Positions 7,440-17,126 are shown, numbered from the stretch's first letter. The stretch: 24,651 nucleotides of DNA from Kiritimatiellia bacterium (GCA_050949565.1 JBMNFY010000018.1:1-24651); one strand, 5' to 3'. Notes: generated by a model not told the origin, from the letters alone. Numbers and translations are program-made.

Positions 7440-9158
7440 CTACTCTTCCATCCGTCCGGCGACACGCAGGACCTCTTCCACGGATGTGCGGCCTTCGATC
7501 ACGCGCAGCCAGCCGTCTTGGCGCAGCGTGACCATGCCCTCTTTCATGGCAAGGTCCTTAATGATGTTGGCCGGTTCACGCGCGACGACCATCGCGCGCA
7601 GCGGGTCGCTCATGATCATGACTTCGTTGATCGCACTACGGCCGCGGTATCCGGTGAAACCGCAGGCCGGGCAGCCATGGCCGTGAATAAACTGGGCTTC
7701 ATCAATGCGATCGGGGTAGGTCATGGCGATTTCGTTGCGGATGGATTCGGGCACTTCGTAAGTGTCGTTGCAATTGCGGCAGACGCGGCGCACCAGACGC
7801 TGAGCGACGATACCCTCGACGCATGAGGAGATCAGGTAGGGCTCGACGCCCATGTCGGTCAAGCGCGTGACCGCGCTGGGCGCGTCGTTGGTGTGGAGCG
7901 TGCTGAGCACCAAGTGACCGGTGAGCGAGGAGCGTACCGCGATGTCGGCAGTTTCGGAGTCACGGATTTCGCCGACTAGGATCACGTCCGGGTCGTGACG
8001 CAGGATGGAACGCAGCACACTGGCGAAGGTGAGTCCGATCTTGCTATGGATCTGAACTTGACTGATGCCGGCCATCTGATATTCGACGGGGTCCTCCACG
8101 GTGATGATCTTGGTGCCGGTCTTGTTGAGGCGGGCCAGTAGCGCGTAGAGCGTGGTGGTTTTGCCGGAGCCGGTGGGGCCGGTCATCAGAATGACGCCAT
8201 GCGGAAGCTCGGTGAGCTTGGCGATCTTGGGAAGCTGGTAGGGCGAGAGGCCCAGGGTATCGAGGTCGATTTTGATGGTGCCGCGGCTAAGGATACGCAG
8301 ACAGCAGGTCTCACCCCAGCCGGTCGGCAGGACCGAGACACGCAGGTCATAATCGCTGTTGCCGCAGCGCACCTTGATGCGGCCGTCGTGCGGCTTGCGG
8401 TGCTCGGCGATATCCATGGCGGCCATGATTTTGACGGCGGAGCTGACCGCGTTGCGCAGTTTTTCTACGCCCTTGGGCAACGGGATCTCTTGCAGGATGC
8501 CGTCGATACGATAACGTAGGCGCAACGTGTTCTCAAATGGCTCAATGTGGATGTCGGTGCAGTCCATGCGGATCGCTTCAGCGATGATCAGGTTGATGAA
8601 GCGCACCATGCCGGTCTCTTGAGTCTGGACCGCAATATCGTCGTCCTCCTCATCCTGCGGCATCGCCTCGGCTTCGGCGATGAGTTGGTCGATGGTCTCC
8701 GCGCCGAGCCCGTAGAAGTGGGTCAGTGACATGGAGACGTCGCTTTCGGGGCAGAGCACAAACTCAATGCCGGCGTCGAGCACCATGCGCAGACCGTCGA
8801 CCGTGGTCAGGTTCGGCACGCGGCTCACGGCGAGCCGGAGGATGCCGTCCTGAAAGGTCAACGGCACGATACGGTGGCGCAGGGCAACCTTGGCGGTGAC
8901 CTTGTCGATGGCCTCCTGCTCGATCCTGAAATCGCCGATATTGTGGAACGGGATCCCGCTGGCCTCGGAAAAGGCTTTCAGCAGATCGGTTTCATTGACG
9001 ATGGCCTCCTGGACCAGCAACCGGTCGACACCTTGGAGCGTCACTGCGGCGCGACCTTGGACGTCGCCGAGCTTATCGAGCGTCAGCAGACCGCGATCGA
9101 CAAGCTTTTGAGTGACCTCTACGAGCAGTTCATCGGAGTAATAACGAATATCAGGCAT
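7440..9158 (-). CDS. pilB: PilB/GspE pilus assembly ATPase
   Basis: Walker A GPTGSGKTT, TVEDPVE, LRHDPDVILVGEIRD, STLHTND and CxxC...CxxC zinc motif. Confidence 0.95.
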   Translation of the reverse strand: MPDIRYYSDELLVEVTQKLVDRGLLTLDKLGDVQGRAAVTLQGVDRLLVQEAIVNETDLLKAFSEASGIPFHNIGDFRIEQEAIDKVTAKVALRHRIVPLTFQDGILRLAVSRVPNLTTVDGLRMVLDAGIEFVLCPESDVSMSLTHFYGLGAETIDQLIAEAEAMPQDEEDDDIAVQTQETGMVRFINLIIAEAIRMDCTDIHIEPFENTLRLRYRIDGILQEIPLPKGVEKLRNAVSSAVKIMAAMDIAEHRKPHDGRIKVRCGNSDYDLRVSVLPTGWGETCCLRILSRGTIKIDLDTLGLSPYQLPKIAKLTELPHGVILMTGPTGSGKTTTLYALLARLNKTGTKIITVEDPVEYQMAGISQVQIHSKIGLTFASVLRSILRHDPDVILVGEIRDSETADIAVRSSLTGHLVLSTLHTNDAPSAVTRLTDMGVEPYLISSCVEGIVAQRLVRRVCRNCNDTYEVPESIRNEIAMTYPDRIDEAQFIHGHGCPACGFTGYRGRSAINEVMIMSDPLRAMVVAREPANIIKDLAMKEGMVTLRQDGWLRVIEGRTSVEEVLRVAGRMEE

Positions 9159-9207
9159 GGATCAGGAAAAGGGGTTAAAGGTTTTCAACGCGGGGATGCG
9201 GAGTACA

Positions 9208-9259
9208 GGGAGGGACGAGCGTCTGCTCGTCCGCGGGCAAGCAGACGCTTGCCCCTCCC
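9208..9259. repeat. REP family 1, intergenic copy
   Basis: Same three-way hairpin sequence as 2431-2481, with a 1-nt longer second loop. Confidence 0.85.
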
Positions 9260-9333
9260 GGCGCTCCGCGGGCCCGGAGGCCGCACACGTTCACAGCGCA
9301 GATGCAAGACTATTTGTGGCCGGGTTAGTAGGA

Positions 9334-10287
9334 TCACTCGAATGCCTTGCGTTGGGGGTTGTTGGGCTTTTTGGGCTGCGGACGGGCACCGGGCTTGTTA
9401 GCGCCGGGCTTATTGGCTGCACCAGGTTTAACACCGGGCTTGTTGGCTGCACCGGGCTTGTTAGCGGCGCCGGGTTTAGCGGCAGCGGCTTGAGCGCCGG
9501 GTTTCGCGGCACCGGGCTTCGCCCCCGGTTTGGGCTTGGGCTTGGCCGGCACCGGCGCAAGTTCGATAGACTCGCCGATCGGTAACTTACGCGAGGAGCC
9601 GTCCGGGAAGCGGATTTCAGCCTCGTGGATGTTCGCGCTGACGATGTCCACTCCGCGGATCTGTTTGCCGGTCTCATAGAAAATGGTCGTGTTGTCGACA
9701 GAGTCGTAGAACATAGCCGCCTGCTGACCGTCGGGGCGCTTGAAAAACCCGAGGAAGGAGAGCTTGGGGATGACCATCGGCTGTCCATCGGGGCCGACCA
9801 ATCCGTCCGGTACGGTGGCCTTTTTACGCAGATGTGCGAAGGGGTCCTCTTTTTTGGCTGCGGCCCCGTCGGCCGCACCAGCCGCACCAGCGGCACCGGC
9901 AGCACCGGCGGCGGCAGCGCCTGCGCCGCCCGCACCGCCGGCGGCCGTCAGTCCTGCGGCGGCGGCCTGTGCAGCGCGCAAAGCTTTGATGAATGCCACC
10001 CGCTCGGTTTCATTGGTGAAGATGGCCTCGATGGTCGGACGGAAGGGGTCGACCGGGATGGACAGCGTCTCTGCGGCAAGCTGGTTGGAGACGAAGTGCA
10101 GGGTGCCGATTTCCAAAGGTTCCGCCAGTTTCGGCGTTTTCTCACCACCGTCCTTAAAGGGCTCGGGCGGTGTCATATACTTGAGCCCGCACCAAGCGGC
10201 CACGCCAAAGAAAATCAAAACAGCCAGCAAGCAGAACGCCTTGGCGTTCAGATGCATGATCCATTTCCAAAGTTTGTCCATGGTCAA
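9334..10287 (-). CDS. Membrane-anchored pilus assembly protein (PilP/GspC-like by position) with low-complexity linker and tail
   Basis: N-terminal TM helix, DPF motifs, beta-rich domain (LSFLGFF...AMFYD), Ala/Gly linker and KPGAAN repeats. It lies between pilO-like and pilB. Confidence 0.65.
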   Translation of the reverse strand: MTMDKLWKWIMHLNAKAFCLLAVLIFFGVAAWCGLKYMTPPEPFKDGGEKTPKLAEPLEIGTLHFVSNQLAAETLSIPVDPFRPTIEAIFTNETERVAFIKALRAAQAAAAGLTAAGGAGGAGAAAAGAAGAAGAAGAADGAAAKKEDPFAHLRKKATVPDGLVGPDGQPMVIPKLSFLGFFKRPDGQQAAMFYDSVDNTTIFYETGKQIRGVDIVSANIHEAEIRFPDGSSRKLPIGESIELAPVPAKPKPKPGAKPGAAKPGAQAAAAKPGAANKPGAANKPGVKPGAANKPGANKPGARPQPKKPNNPQRKAFE

Positions 10288-10292
10288 AACCC

Positions 10293-11069
10293 CTATTCAA
10301 AAAGCAGTGCCGAGAGAATCGCTTTCACGCGAAGCTTGGAGTCGAAGGTCGGTCCGGACTCAATTCTGACATTGCGGAAGGTGAACACTTGGTTCTCCTC
10401 GAACACTGACTGGAAAAAGGTGTACAGGTGCTCGAAATCAACGTCGCATTCCATGCGGACGGGCAACTCCGAAAAAGTACGCTGTCCCTTGGCGTCGGTG
10501 TGAGTGACCGGCGGGAGCGGGTAAATCTCGACGAGACGCTGGATCTGCCGGTCGAGCGCCAAGTCGGCCAACTTTTCAACTGCCTTAAGCTGAAGCATGC
10601 GCGTACGGACAGCATCACCGCTGGTCAAGGTTTCGTCAAGGCCTAATTCCACTGGTAGCAACTGGATCTTCAACTCTTCGGACTTCTCCTGCAAGCGCTG
10701 GCGGATCTCATACAACTCGACCTTGTAATCAATGCGGTTGATTTCGGTGCTGCGCAGAACGGCCTGGTTGGGGAAGGCGGCCAAACGTTCCGCGATACGC
10801 GACCACTCGTTAGAAAGCTGCGTGAGGGTCGCGGTTTCATGGTCGGCGATCGCCTGCATATTGGCGATTGAGAGGTTGGCGTAACGGCTGCTCTCGAGTT
10901 GCGTACGCACGGAACGGTTGTTTTCCGCCATTTCGCGCTGGGGGAGCAGGACAAACCGGACAGTGCAAAACACGCTGACCACGATGAAAAGCATGATCAG
11001 CACGACCTGCACGCGTTCCGTCGCGAACAGCCGGAGGACTGAATTAAGGTTTAGGTTGGAAAGGGGCAT
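10293..11069 (-). CDS. PilO/GspM-like inner-membrane assembly protein
   Basis: TM helix, coiled coil and ELPVRMEC..FEHLYTFF C-terminal domain, downstream of pilMN. Confidence 0.7.
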   Translation of the reverse strand: MPLSNLNLNSVLRLFATERVQVVLIMLFIVVSVFCTVRFVLLPQREMAENNRSVRTQLESSRYANLSIANMQAIADHETATLTQLSNEWSRIAERLAAFPNQAVLRSTEINRIDYKVELYEIRQRLQEKSEELKIQLLPVELGLDETLTSGDAVRTRMLQLKAVEKLADLALDRQIQRLVEIYPLPPVTHTDAKGQRTFSELPVRMECDVDFEHLYTFFQSVFEENQVFTFRNVRIESGPTFDSKLRVKAILSALLFE

Positions 11070-11083
11070 GGTTTCAGGTATGA

Positions 11084-11281
11084 GGTTTCAGGGTTTCGGG
11101 GTTTCGGGGTTTCGGGGTTTCGGGGTTTCAGGGTTTCGGGGTTTCAGGGTTTCGGGGTTTCGGGGTTTCGGGGTTTCAGGGTTTCGGGATTTCAGGGTTT
11201 CGGGGTTTCAGGGTTTCGGGGTTTCGGGGTTTCGGGGTTTCGGGGTTTCGGGGTTTCAGGGTTTCGGGGTTTCAGGGTTTC
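11084..11281. repeat. Octamer array GGTTTC(G/A)G x ~25
   Basis: Direct reading shows 198 bp with period 8. One extra unit at 11070 abuts the pilO-like ATG. Confidence 0.95.
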
Positions 11282-11662
11282 TTTGAATTTTACGCCGGGG
11301 AAGTCCGATGAACGAAGGTGCTTGATGAAAGAAGACAGGGCACTTCCAATGCGGATCGTCAGGGTGGACAGGGTATCAAAAGTTTGCTGGTCAATGTAGT
11401 GGGCATCCAGTGCGACATACAAATGAGACCTGACCTCACCGGCTGATCCTTTCGCCTGAGACAAAAATTGAACGAACTCCCTGTTTCCGTCACGCTCGAA
11501 ACCCTCTGCGATATTGGCCATGATCGACACGGAAGCACTGCGAAGCTGATCACGCAATTTAAAATCACGGACAAAATCAGGAGATTGAACCATGGCGTAA
11601 ATGGTCTTGGTCAATTCGCGGGCTAACTGCCACGCCTCAATCTCTTCAAAGCGCTTGATCAT
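11192..11662 (-). CDS. Four helix bundle protein (23S rRNA IVS / S23-like family)
   Basis: RFEEIEAWQLA, DFKLRDQLRSASVSIMANIAEGFER, EFVQFLSQAKGSAGEVRSHLYVALD. The tail runs into the octamer array. Alternative starts at 11725 and 11740 lie in the upstream array. Confidence 0.9.
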   Translation of the reverse strand: MIKRFEEIEAWQLARELTKTIYAMVQSPDFVRDFKLRDQLRSASVSIMANIAEGFERDGNREFVQFLSQAKGSAGEVRSHLYVALDAHYIDQQTFDTLSTLTIRIGSALSSFIKHLRSSDFPGVKFKETLKPRNPETPKPRNPETPKPRNPETPKP

Positions 11663-11693
11663 TCTGAAACTCGACTCATTTCGGGGTTGCCCC

Positions 11694-11740
11694 TTGAAAC
11701 CAGAAACCAGAAACCTTGAAACCATGAAACCAGAAACCAT
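11694..11740. repeat. GAAACCA-type array, inverted relative to 11084-11281
   Basis: cttgaaaccagaaaccagaaaccttgaaaccatgaaaccagaaaccat. Confidence 0.85.
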
Positions 11741-11747
11741 TTCTCCT

Positions 11748-13493
11748 CTAATAGGGTCGTCTCACTTCGATCTCGATCACAAATCGTCTGAAATTGGGGA
11801 GCTTCTCACCCTCCAGCTCGGGGATGCCGGTTGGGGCGAGCACCTGGTCGTCGCTGCGCAGGTCGACCCGCACGATGTCGGGCGAGGTCTTGAGACGTTC
11901 AATCATCTCTCTGACGCTTTTCAGGCTCGGGTTGGAGGTGTAACCCTCCGCGATGAAGACGGCCGAGAGCGGATCAACCAGGTCCTTGCGCGGCGGCGGT
12001 TCCTTTTTGTCGGCCGTCGTCGGCGCGGCCGCTGTTGGGCGCAGCGTGCGGAAGAGCGAGAACGGGTTGCGCACGGCCGCCTGGGGCGTGTCGGCCTTGG
12101 TGTTCAGATCCTGCTCTTTCGGATTGTAGATGTTCTCGTCGCAAAACATCGTGATCCAGTCTTCGGGATCCACCGTGTGTGCGACGAGCGTCAACACCTC
12201 TCGCGCGAGCGGTCCGTTGAGGGTGGCCTGCGTGATCGGCACCGCGTTGCTCAGGACGGCGGCTTGTTGGGCGCGCAGATCCTGGATGTGTTTGTCGATC
12301 TGCTCGCGCCGCCTGAGCTGTTCGCGTTCCGCATCCAGCAAGGCGCCGTCGCGCCGCAGCAAGTAGACGCCAGTGGCGGAGTAGAGTGCCATTGTAGCGG
12401 TCAGAAAGACGGCGGCCGCGATCCACCACGGTTTTTGCGCACGGAACACTACCTCGTCCTTGAGGTCCTGCGGCAACAGCGAGAGCGTCGTCGTGCCCCG
12501 TCCCATCGCGGTGATCGCGAGGCCGAAGGCCATGTCGTAAACACCCGCATACTGCTGATAACTCTTGTCGATGCTCGGCAGTTCCGAGACGTGTTGAACC
12601 GGCAGGAACAGTTTGGCGGCGAGATACTCTTTAAGTCCTTTGAGTTGGGCGCCGCCGCCGGTGATCACGATGCGCGCGACGGTGAATTTACGGTCTTGGA
12701 AGGTGCTGCGGTAAACGCCCATGCAGGCGTTGAACTGCGAGATCCATCGGTCGGCTGCGAGGCGCAGCGGCTCGCAGCAGGCGTCGTTTTCGCGCAGTCC
12801 ACAATCGACATGTTTGCGCACTTCGGCCTGCACGGCCGGTAGGCCGGTGGTTTGCGCCACTGCATCCGTAAAGAGCTTGCCGCCCGCGGCGAGGGAACGC
12901 GCGAAGAGCAACCCGCTGTTGAGGCCGATGGCGACTTCAGTCTGCGTGTGGCCGATGCTCACATAGCAGTATGGCTCTTCACGCTCGCCGGCGAATGTTT
13001 CCATCGCGTTGTAGAGCGCGACCGGTGCGGAGATCAGGTCTGCGGGACGCAGGCTGTTGCGTCGCGTCGCTTGGACAACCTCCTTGATTGAGGAGGGACG
13101 CGCCATCGACATGATGTAGCGCCGGACGCCGGCTTCGAAGGGCGTTTCAAACGCGAAGACATCATACGCCATGTCATCACCGGCCATCTCGCTGAATTGG
13201 GCGATGTCCATGGCGGCGACCTGTTCGGGCGTACGCGGGTCGTTGGGCATGATGCGCCCACTCTGAAAGACGGTTTGCGAGCCCGGCAGGGCGATCGCGC
13301 AGAACTGCTTTGCAACCCCGAGCTTGTGCACCCAGGTGGCGATCAGCTTGTGGGGGTCTTCCTCATCGTCCATCGGCAGCGCAAGGGTCTCCGCGCGCGT
13401 CACGACCGGGCGGCTGCCGCGCAGCCCCACCCAGACAGCCCGCACGGAGCGGGAACCGACGTCAAAGGCGATCATCTGTTTGATTCGAGACAT
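11748..13493 (-). CDS. pilM: PilM-PilN fusion protein
   Basis: Actin-like IAFDVGSRSVR, SIGHTQT and ITGGGAQLKGL, then LSLLP + TM helix + coiled coil + PilN-like C-terminus. Confidence 0.85.
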   Translation of the reverse strand: MSRIKQMIAFDVGSRSVRAVWVGLRGSRPVVTRAETLALPMDDEEDPHKLIATWVHKLGVAKQFCAIALPGSQTVFQSGRIMPNDPRTPEQVAAMDIAQFSEMAGDDMAYDVFAFETPFEAGVRRYIMSMARPSSIKEVVQATRRNSLRPADLISAPVALYNAMETFAGEREEPYCYVSIGHTQTEVAIGLNSGLLFARSLAAGGKLFTDAVAQTTGLPAVQAEVRKHVDCGLRENDACCEPLRLAADRWISQFNACMGVYRSTFQDRKFTVARIVITGGGAQLKGLKEYLAAKLFLPVQHVSELPSIDKSYQQYAGVYDMAFGLAITAMGRGTTTLSLLPQDLKDEVVFRAQKPWWIAAAVFLTATMALYSATGVYLLRRDGALLDAEREQLRRREQIDKHIQDLRAQQAAVLSNAVPITQATLNGPLAREVLTLVAHTVDPEDWITMFCDENIYNPKEQDLNTKADTPQAAVRNPFSLFRTLRPTAAAPTTADKKEPPPRKDLVDPLSAVFIAEGYTSNPSLKSVREMIERLKTSPDIVRVDLRSDDQVLAPTGIPELEGEKLPNFRRFVIEIEVRRPY

Positions 13494-13534
13494 CTTTTTG
13501 GTTTCAGGGGTTCAAGGTTTCGGATCAAGGGGAT

Positions 13535-13662
13535 GGGAGGGACGAGCGTCTGCTCGTCCGCGGGCAAGCAGACGCTTGCCCCTCCCGGTGCTCCGCGAGC
13601 AGGCATGTGGGGGAGGGACGAGCGTCCGCTCGTCCGCGGGCAAGCAGACGCTTGCCCCTCCC
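13535..13662. repeat. Two tandem REP family 1 copies (13535-13586 and 13611-13662)
   Basis: Same hairpin sequence, intergenic between secretin and pilM. Confidence 0.85.
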
Positions 13663-13715
13663 GGTGCTAGTCTGGTTAACGTTTTTTCAGATTTCATGCT
13701 TGAGCATTCTCCCGA

Positions 13716-16007
13716 TCAGGGGGTTGCCGGGGCTTTCAGGATGTCGGGAACCTGCGCTTCGGCCGGCACGTCGAGGCCGTAGCGCTCGAAGTCGTTCAGC
13801 GGGATCAGCTCCTCGCCGATGTCGCTGATGAGCGTTGCGGTGACGAAGATCAGGATATTGTTAATTTTTTTCTCATTTGTTTTTGTACCAAATAAATTGC
13901 CGATGAAGGGGAGTTTTGACAGCCACGGGATACCACTGTCTTTGTCCTTTGCGCTCGTGTCGACGAGCCCGCCCAATACGACGGTTTCGCCGCTGCGTAC
14001 GACGGCCTCGGTCTCGATATATTGTCGGGAAAGAATAGGAATTTCAATGGCAGGTTCATTTTCCACGCTGTCTGCGCTGTCAAGGCTGCTCAACCGGTAT
14101 CTCTTCCAATCTTTGATGGAACTGATTTCGGGACGGAGCACCATTGTGATCGTTGAGAGATCTGCGCCGACACTCGGCGTTACGACGAGCGAATAGCCAG
14201 TCTCCACGATCGTGGGTCGATCATAATCATAGGTGACGTTGTCGCGCGAGTCGTTGTTGTTGTAGCCTCCGCTGGTCATGATATCGGTCTCAACTTCTTC
14301 GAAGTAGGAGGTGTCCTCGCCTACGCGGAAACGCGCCTCGCGGTTGTTGAGCGTGGTCACGCGAGGCACGACAATCATACGGCTTTTCCCGGATTCTTCG
14401 AGCGCTTTAAGCGTTGTTTGAAGTGCAGTGTTGCCTAACAAATATTGGAAATAAGCCTCTCCTGTCGCCGTCGAACCCATCCGACTTCCGTTAAGGAAAG
14501 CAGTACCCTGCAATTTCTTTTCTTGCATGTCTTTGATTTGGCGTTCAATCGCAATAATCTCTTCAACAGTGGCGTCTGGATCATTTTGATTTCTTCGAAG
14601 CTCGTTGATTGCCGTGCTACCGTCGCTGAGCGTTGTGGTAACGGGACGCTGGAAAAGCCATTCGATGCCGAGTTCGCGCAGGTCGGTGACGGTCGTGGTG
14701 ACGAAGCGCGCCTCGATCAGCACTTGCAGCGGACGCAGGTCCATCGCCGCGATCAGTTCTTCCACCAAGGCTAGGTTGTCCAACGTATTCTTGACAATCA
14801 GCGCGTGTACCTTGTCGTCAAACATAAAATCCGCGCCATCGGGCTGCGGCACGAAACGGTCGATGGCTTCCAGCAGGCCGACCTTGGGCTCGGCGCCAGG
14901 CTTCTGCTCCTGCTGCTGGTTACTGGATCTGCTGCTGTTGCGTTCTTCGGGCCCCTTGAAAAGAGACTGTCCCTGCGCGGACTTGCCGAGTTCAGAGCCG
15001 ACCAGCCCTTTGCGCAGCCGGTAGACGCGGGTCTTCATAGGGGGGACGCCGACCGCGGGCGGCTCTTTTTGCGTGATCCAGATCAGGTTGCTATAGACCG
15101 AAAAGCTGATGTCGAGGTTCTTATCGAAGTACTCCAACATCTCGATCAACGGCGTGTTTTCAAAGCGAGCCGTGATCAGTTTGGTACTGACGATTTCGCT
15201 GTCGGCGATGTAGTTGATGTTGGTGGACTTTTTGATCTCGGCGATGATGGCGTTGACGTCGGCGTTTTCGAGGGTCAGGCTCACCGGCTGCTGCAACGCC
15301 TTCTGCATCTCGGTGAGCGGCGTGACGACTGCGTTGGTTTCGCCCATCACGTGTTGCTTCTGGCGGTAGCGTTGCGGCATGGCGGCGAAACCGAGGGCGT
15401 CGGCTGTGCCGAGGTCAACGGTGGCTTCGGCCCTCTTGTTGGCGGCCGTGAGCCGTTCCTCGGCCAGGCGCAGGTTGATGCGGCGCTGCAAGTCGGCGAG
15501 GCCGACCGCCTCGGGGTCCTTGCGCGTGATGTCGATGCAGGCGGAGATTGCCTCCTGCGTCTGGCCGGCCACAAAGAGCGCTTCGGCAGCGGCCACCGCC
15601 GGCGAGAGGTCGCGCGTCATGCGGGCGCGCAACTGGGCGAGACCCACGGCGTCTGGCCTTTCTTCGGCCAGGGCGTTGCAAGCGGTGAGTGCCTCTTGCC
15701 GTTGACCGTTCTCGAAGAGCCGTTCAATTTCCAGCACTTCGGGCGAAAGACGACGGGCCACACGGCTTTGCAGCTCTTGCAGGCCGGCATTGACCGCCGC
15801 GTTGGTCGAGGGCGCCACGCTGGCTACGATGAAAGAGCGCAGGTAACCCTGCTCGAACAGACGCTCGGCCTCGGCGACTTCAGGCTCTTTCTCGGTCGGC
15901 CCTTCTCCGTACCACGGGAGTTGCGAACTGGTGCAGCCGATAACGATGGCCAGCGATGAGGCCAGAAGGAGAGGAACGGCGGTTGTGGCGATGTTTTTCA
16001 TAAGCAT
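13716..16007 (-). CDS. Secretin (PilQ/GspD family), probable lipoprotein
   Basis: LAIVIG-C lipobox-like signal, QVLIEARFV...ELGIEW, PRVTTLNNREA, VRSGETVVLGGL and GIPWLSKLPFIGNLF. Confidence 0.92.
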   Translation of the reverse strand: MLMKNIATTAVPLLLASSLAIVIGCTSSQLPWYGEGPTEKEPEVAEAERLFEQGYLRSFIVASVAPSTNAAVNAGLQELQSRVARRLSPEVLEIERLFENGQRQEALTACNALAEERPDAVGLAQLRARMTRDLSPAVAAAEALFVAGQTQEAISACIDITRKDPEAVGLADLQRRINLRLAEERLTAANKRAEATVDLGTADALGFAAMPQRYRQKQHVMGETNAVVTPLTEMQKALQQPVSLTLENADVNAIIAEIKKSTNINYIADSEIVSTKLITARFENTPLIEMLEYFDKNLDISFSVYSNLIWITQKEPPAVGVPPMKTRVYRLRKGLVGSELGKSAQGQSLFKGPEERNSSRSSNQQQEQKPGAEPKVGLLEAIDRFVPQPDGADFMFDDKVHALIVKNTLDNLALVEELIAAMDLRPLQVLIEARFVTTTVTDLRELGIEWLFQRPVTTTLSDGSTAINELRRNQNDPDATVEEIIAIERQIKDMQEKKLQGTAFLNGSRMGSTATGEAYFQYLLGNTALQTTLKALEESGKSRMIVVPRVTTLNNREARFRVGEDTSYFEEVETDIMTSGGYNNNDSRDNVTYDYDRPTIVETGYSLVVTPSVGADLSTITMVLRPEISSIKDWKRYRLSSLDSADSVENEPAIEIPILSRQYIETEAVVRSGETVVLGGLVDTSAKDKDSGIPWLSKLPFIGNLFGTKTNEKKINNILIFVTATLISDIGEELIPLNDFERYGLDVPAEAQVPDILKAPATP

Positions 16008-16066
16008 GCGTTGTTTCGTTTTTCGTTCATACCGGACACGGCGAGCCGCGGCCAGTCATCAAAGGG

Positions 16067-16906
16067 TTAATCACGTGATTCTCCGGGATGCAGCGTGCCC
16101 TCCCACCAGGGCGGCCCGACAAAGACATTACCGGCGTAAGCGACATTGAGCGTGATCCACTGCCGGGTGGCACGGCGGCTGGTGCGGTCGACATAGGCGA
16201 CACCATAGAGCCGCATGTCGCGCCAGTGGTGGTAGCAGCGGATGATCGGGATGCGCGACGCGCTGTACGGCAGGGGATAACCGGCGGCGTCCTTTCCGCT
16301 GTTGCTGTCGCCGAACGACATTTGGGCGACTTTATACGTCCTCAGCGTTGAATAGTCGCCGTCCGGCCAATTACTCTCTTTGCCCCATCCGTGGGTAGCG
16401 ACTGAGAACTCATAAAAATAACTGCAACACTCGACCGCACGGTTGCGTCTGTTGTCCGAATTTGATTCATTGTCGCGAAACTTGTTGGCGTCCAGTGCGC
16501 TGCTGTCGCGGATCGCCGAGACAAAATCTTCAGGCCTGAGCCGGTCTCGTCCGCCGTTGCTGTCGGCCCGGCAGACGTACATCGACCGGTCGTCGACGTA
16601 TTCCGGATAGAGGTTTGAGAGCCAGTCCGGCGTGCGGTTGTCGTGCTCGCCGCGGTAGATGGTCAGCGCCACGCCGAATTGCCGCAGGTTGGACTTGCAG
16701 TTGGCTTGCCGCGCCTGCTTGTAGCCGGACCTCACCGAGACCACCAGCGCGGAACTTAAAATGCCGAGGATCGCGATCACCACCATCAACTCAAGCAAAG
16801 TAAAACCGCGCCGCGATTGGCATGATGTCTGCGAACTATCCAGACGATCGGCCCGATGCGTGCGAGCGCGGCATGAAAAGGTACCAGCTATGTGAGAGCG
16901 TGCCAT
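16067..16906 (-). CDS. Prepilin-type N-terminal cleavage/methylation protein (PVC DUF1559-like)
   Basis: RRG|FTLLELMVVIAILGIL and ARQANCKSNLRQFGVAL.IY. ATG 16906 is preferred because the TTG at 16936 lies in the promoter. Confidence 0.85.
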   Translation of the reverse strand: MARSHIAGTFSCRARTHRADRLDSSQTSCQSRRGFTLLELMVVIAILGILSSALVVSVRSGYKQARQANCKSNLRQFGVALTIYRGEHDNRTPDWLSNLYPEYVDDRSMYVCRADSNGGRDRLRPEDFVSAIRDSSALDANKFRDNESNSDNRRNRAVECCSYFYEFSVATHGWGKESNWPDGDYSTLRTYKVAQMSFGDSNSGKDAAGYPLPYSASRIPIIRCYHHWRDMRLYGVAYVDRTSRRATRQWITLNVAYAGNVFVGPPWWEGTLHPGESRD

Positions 16907-16920
16907 TTTGCTAATGAATC

Positions 16921-16936
16921 GCAGATATCGTGCCAA
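16921..16936 (-). promoter_or_regulatory. Sigma54 (-24/-12) promoter of the pilus operon
   Basis: Minus strand TTGGCACGATATCTGC gives TGGCACG-N4-CTGC with exact GG-N10-GC spacing, immediately upstream of the first operon gene. Confidence 0.7.
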
Positions 16937-17126
16937 AAGCGTCGGTGCTAAGGCAAGCGCTCAGGTTGGGTTTTTGTTCGGAAAGCGAGGGAATCCGGGC
17001 GGCCGCAAGCCGCCGGGGTCATGAAGCATGGATACAGTAGTAGGCAGATGGCGGGATAAATACGACGCAAAGGTGCGTTGTCGACAACACAGTCGCGAGG
17101 TCGGAATCGGAGGCTTGCGTTTACGG

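Noticed and set aside
11192-11740. Diversity-generating retroelement (Avd-like gene)
   Set aside because: No reverse transcriptase and no template/variable repeat pair differing at adenines were seen.
11601-15959. Long plus-strand ORFs (11601-12842 and 14805-15959; likewise 22235-23584)
   Set aside because: These are antisense shadows of well-supported genes in high-GC DNA.
7440-16906. Absence of pilC/gspF, pilT and prepilin peptidase as a defect
   Set aside because: The operon continues beyond the window and these genes are often unlinked.
16950-17060. c-di-GMP riboswitch (GAAA and GCAA hairpins upstream of the pilus operon)
   Set aside because: Only one short hairpin is evident and I could not match the consensus. 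An Rfam scan would settle it.
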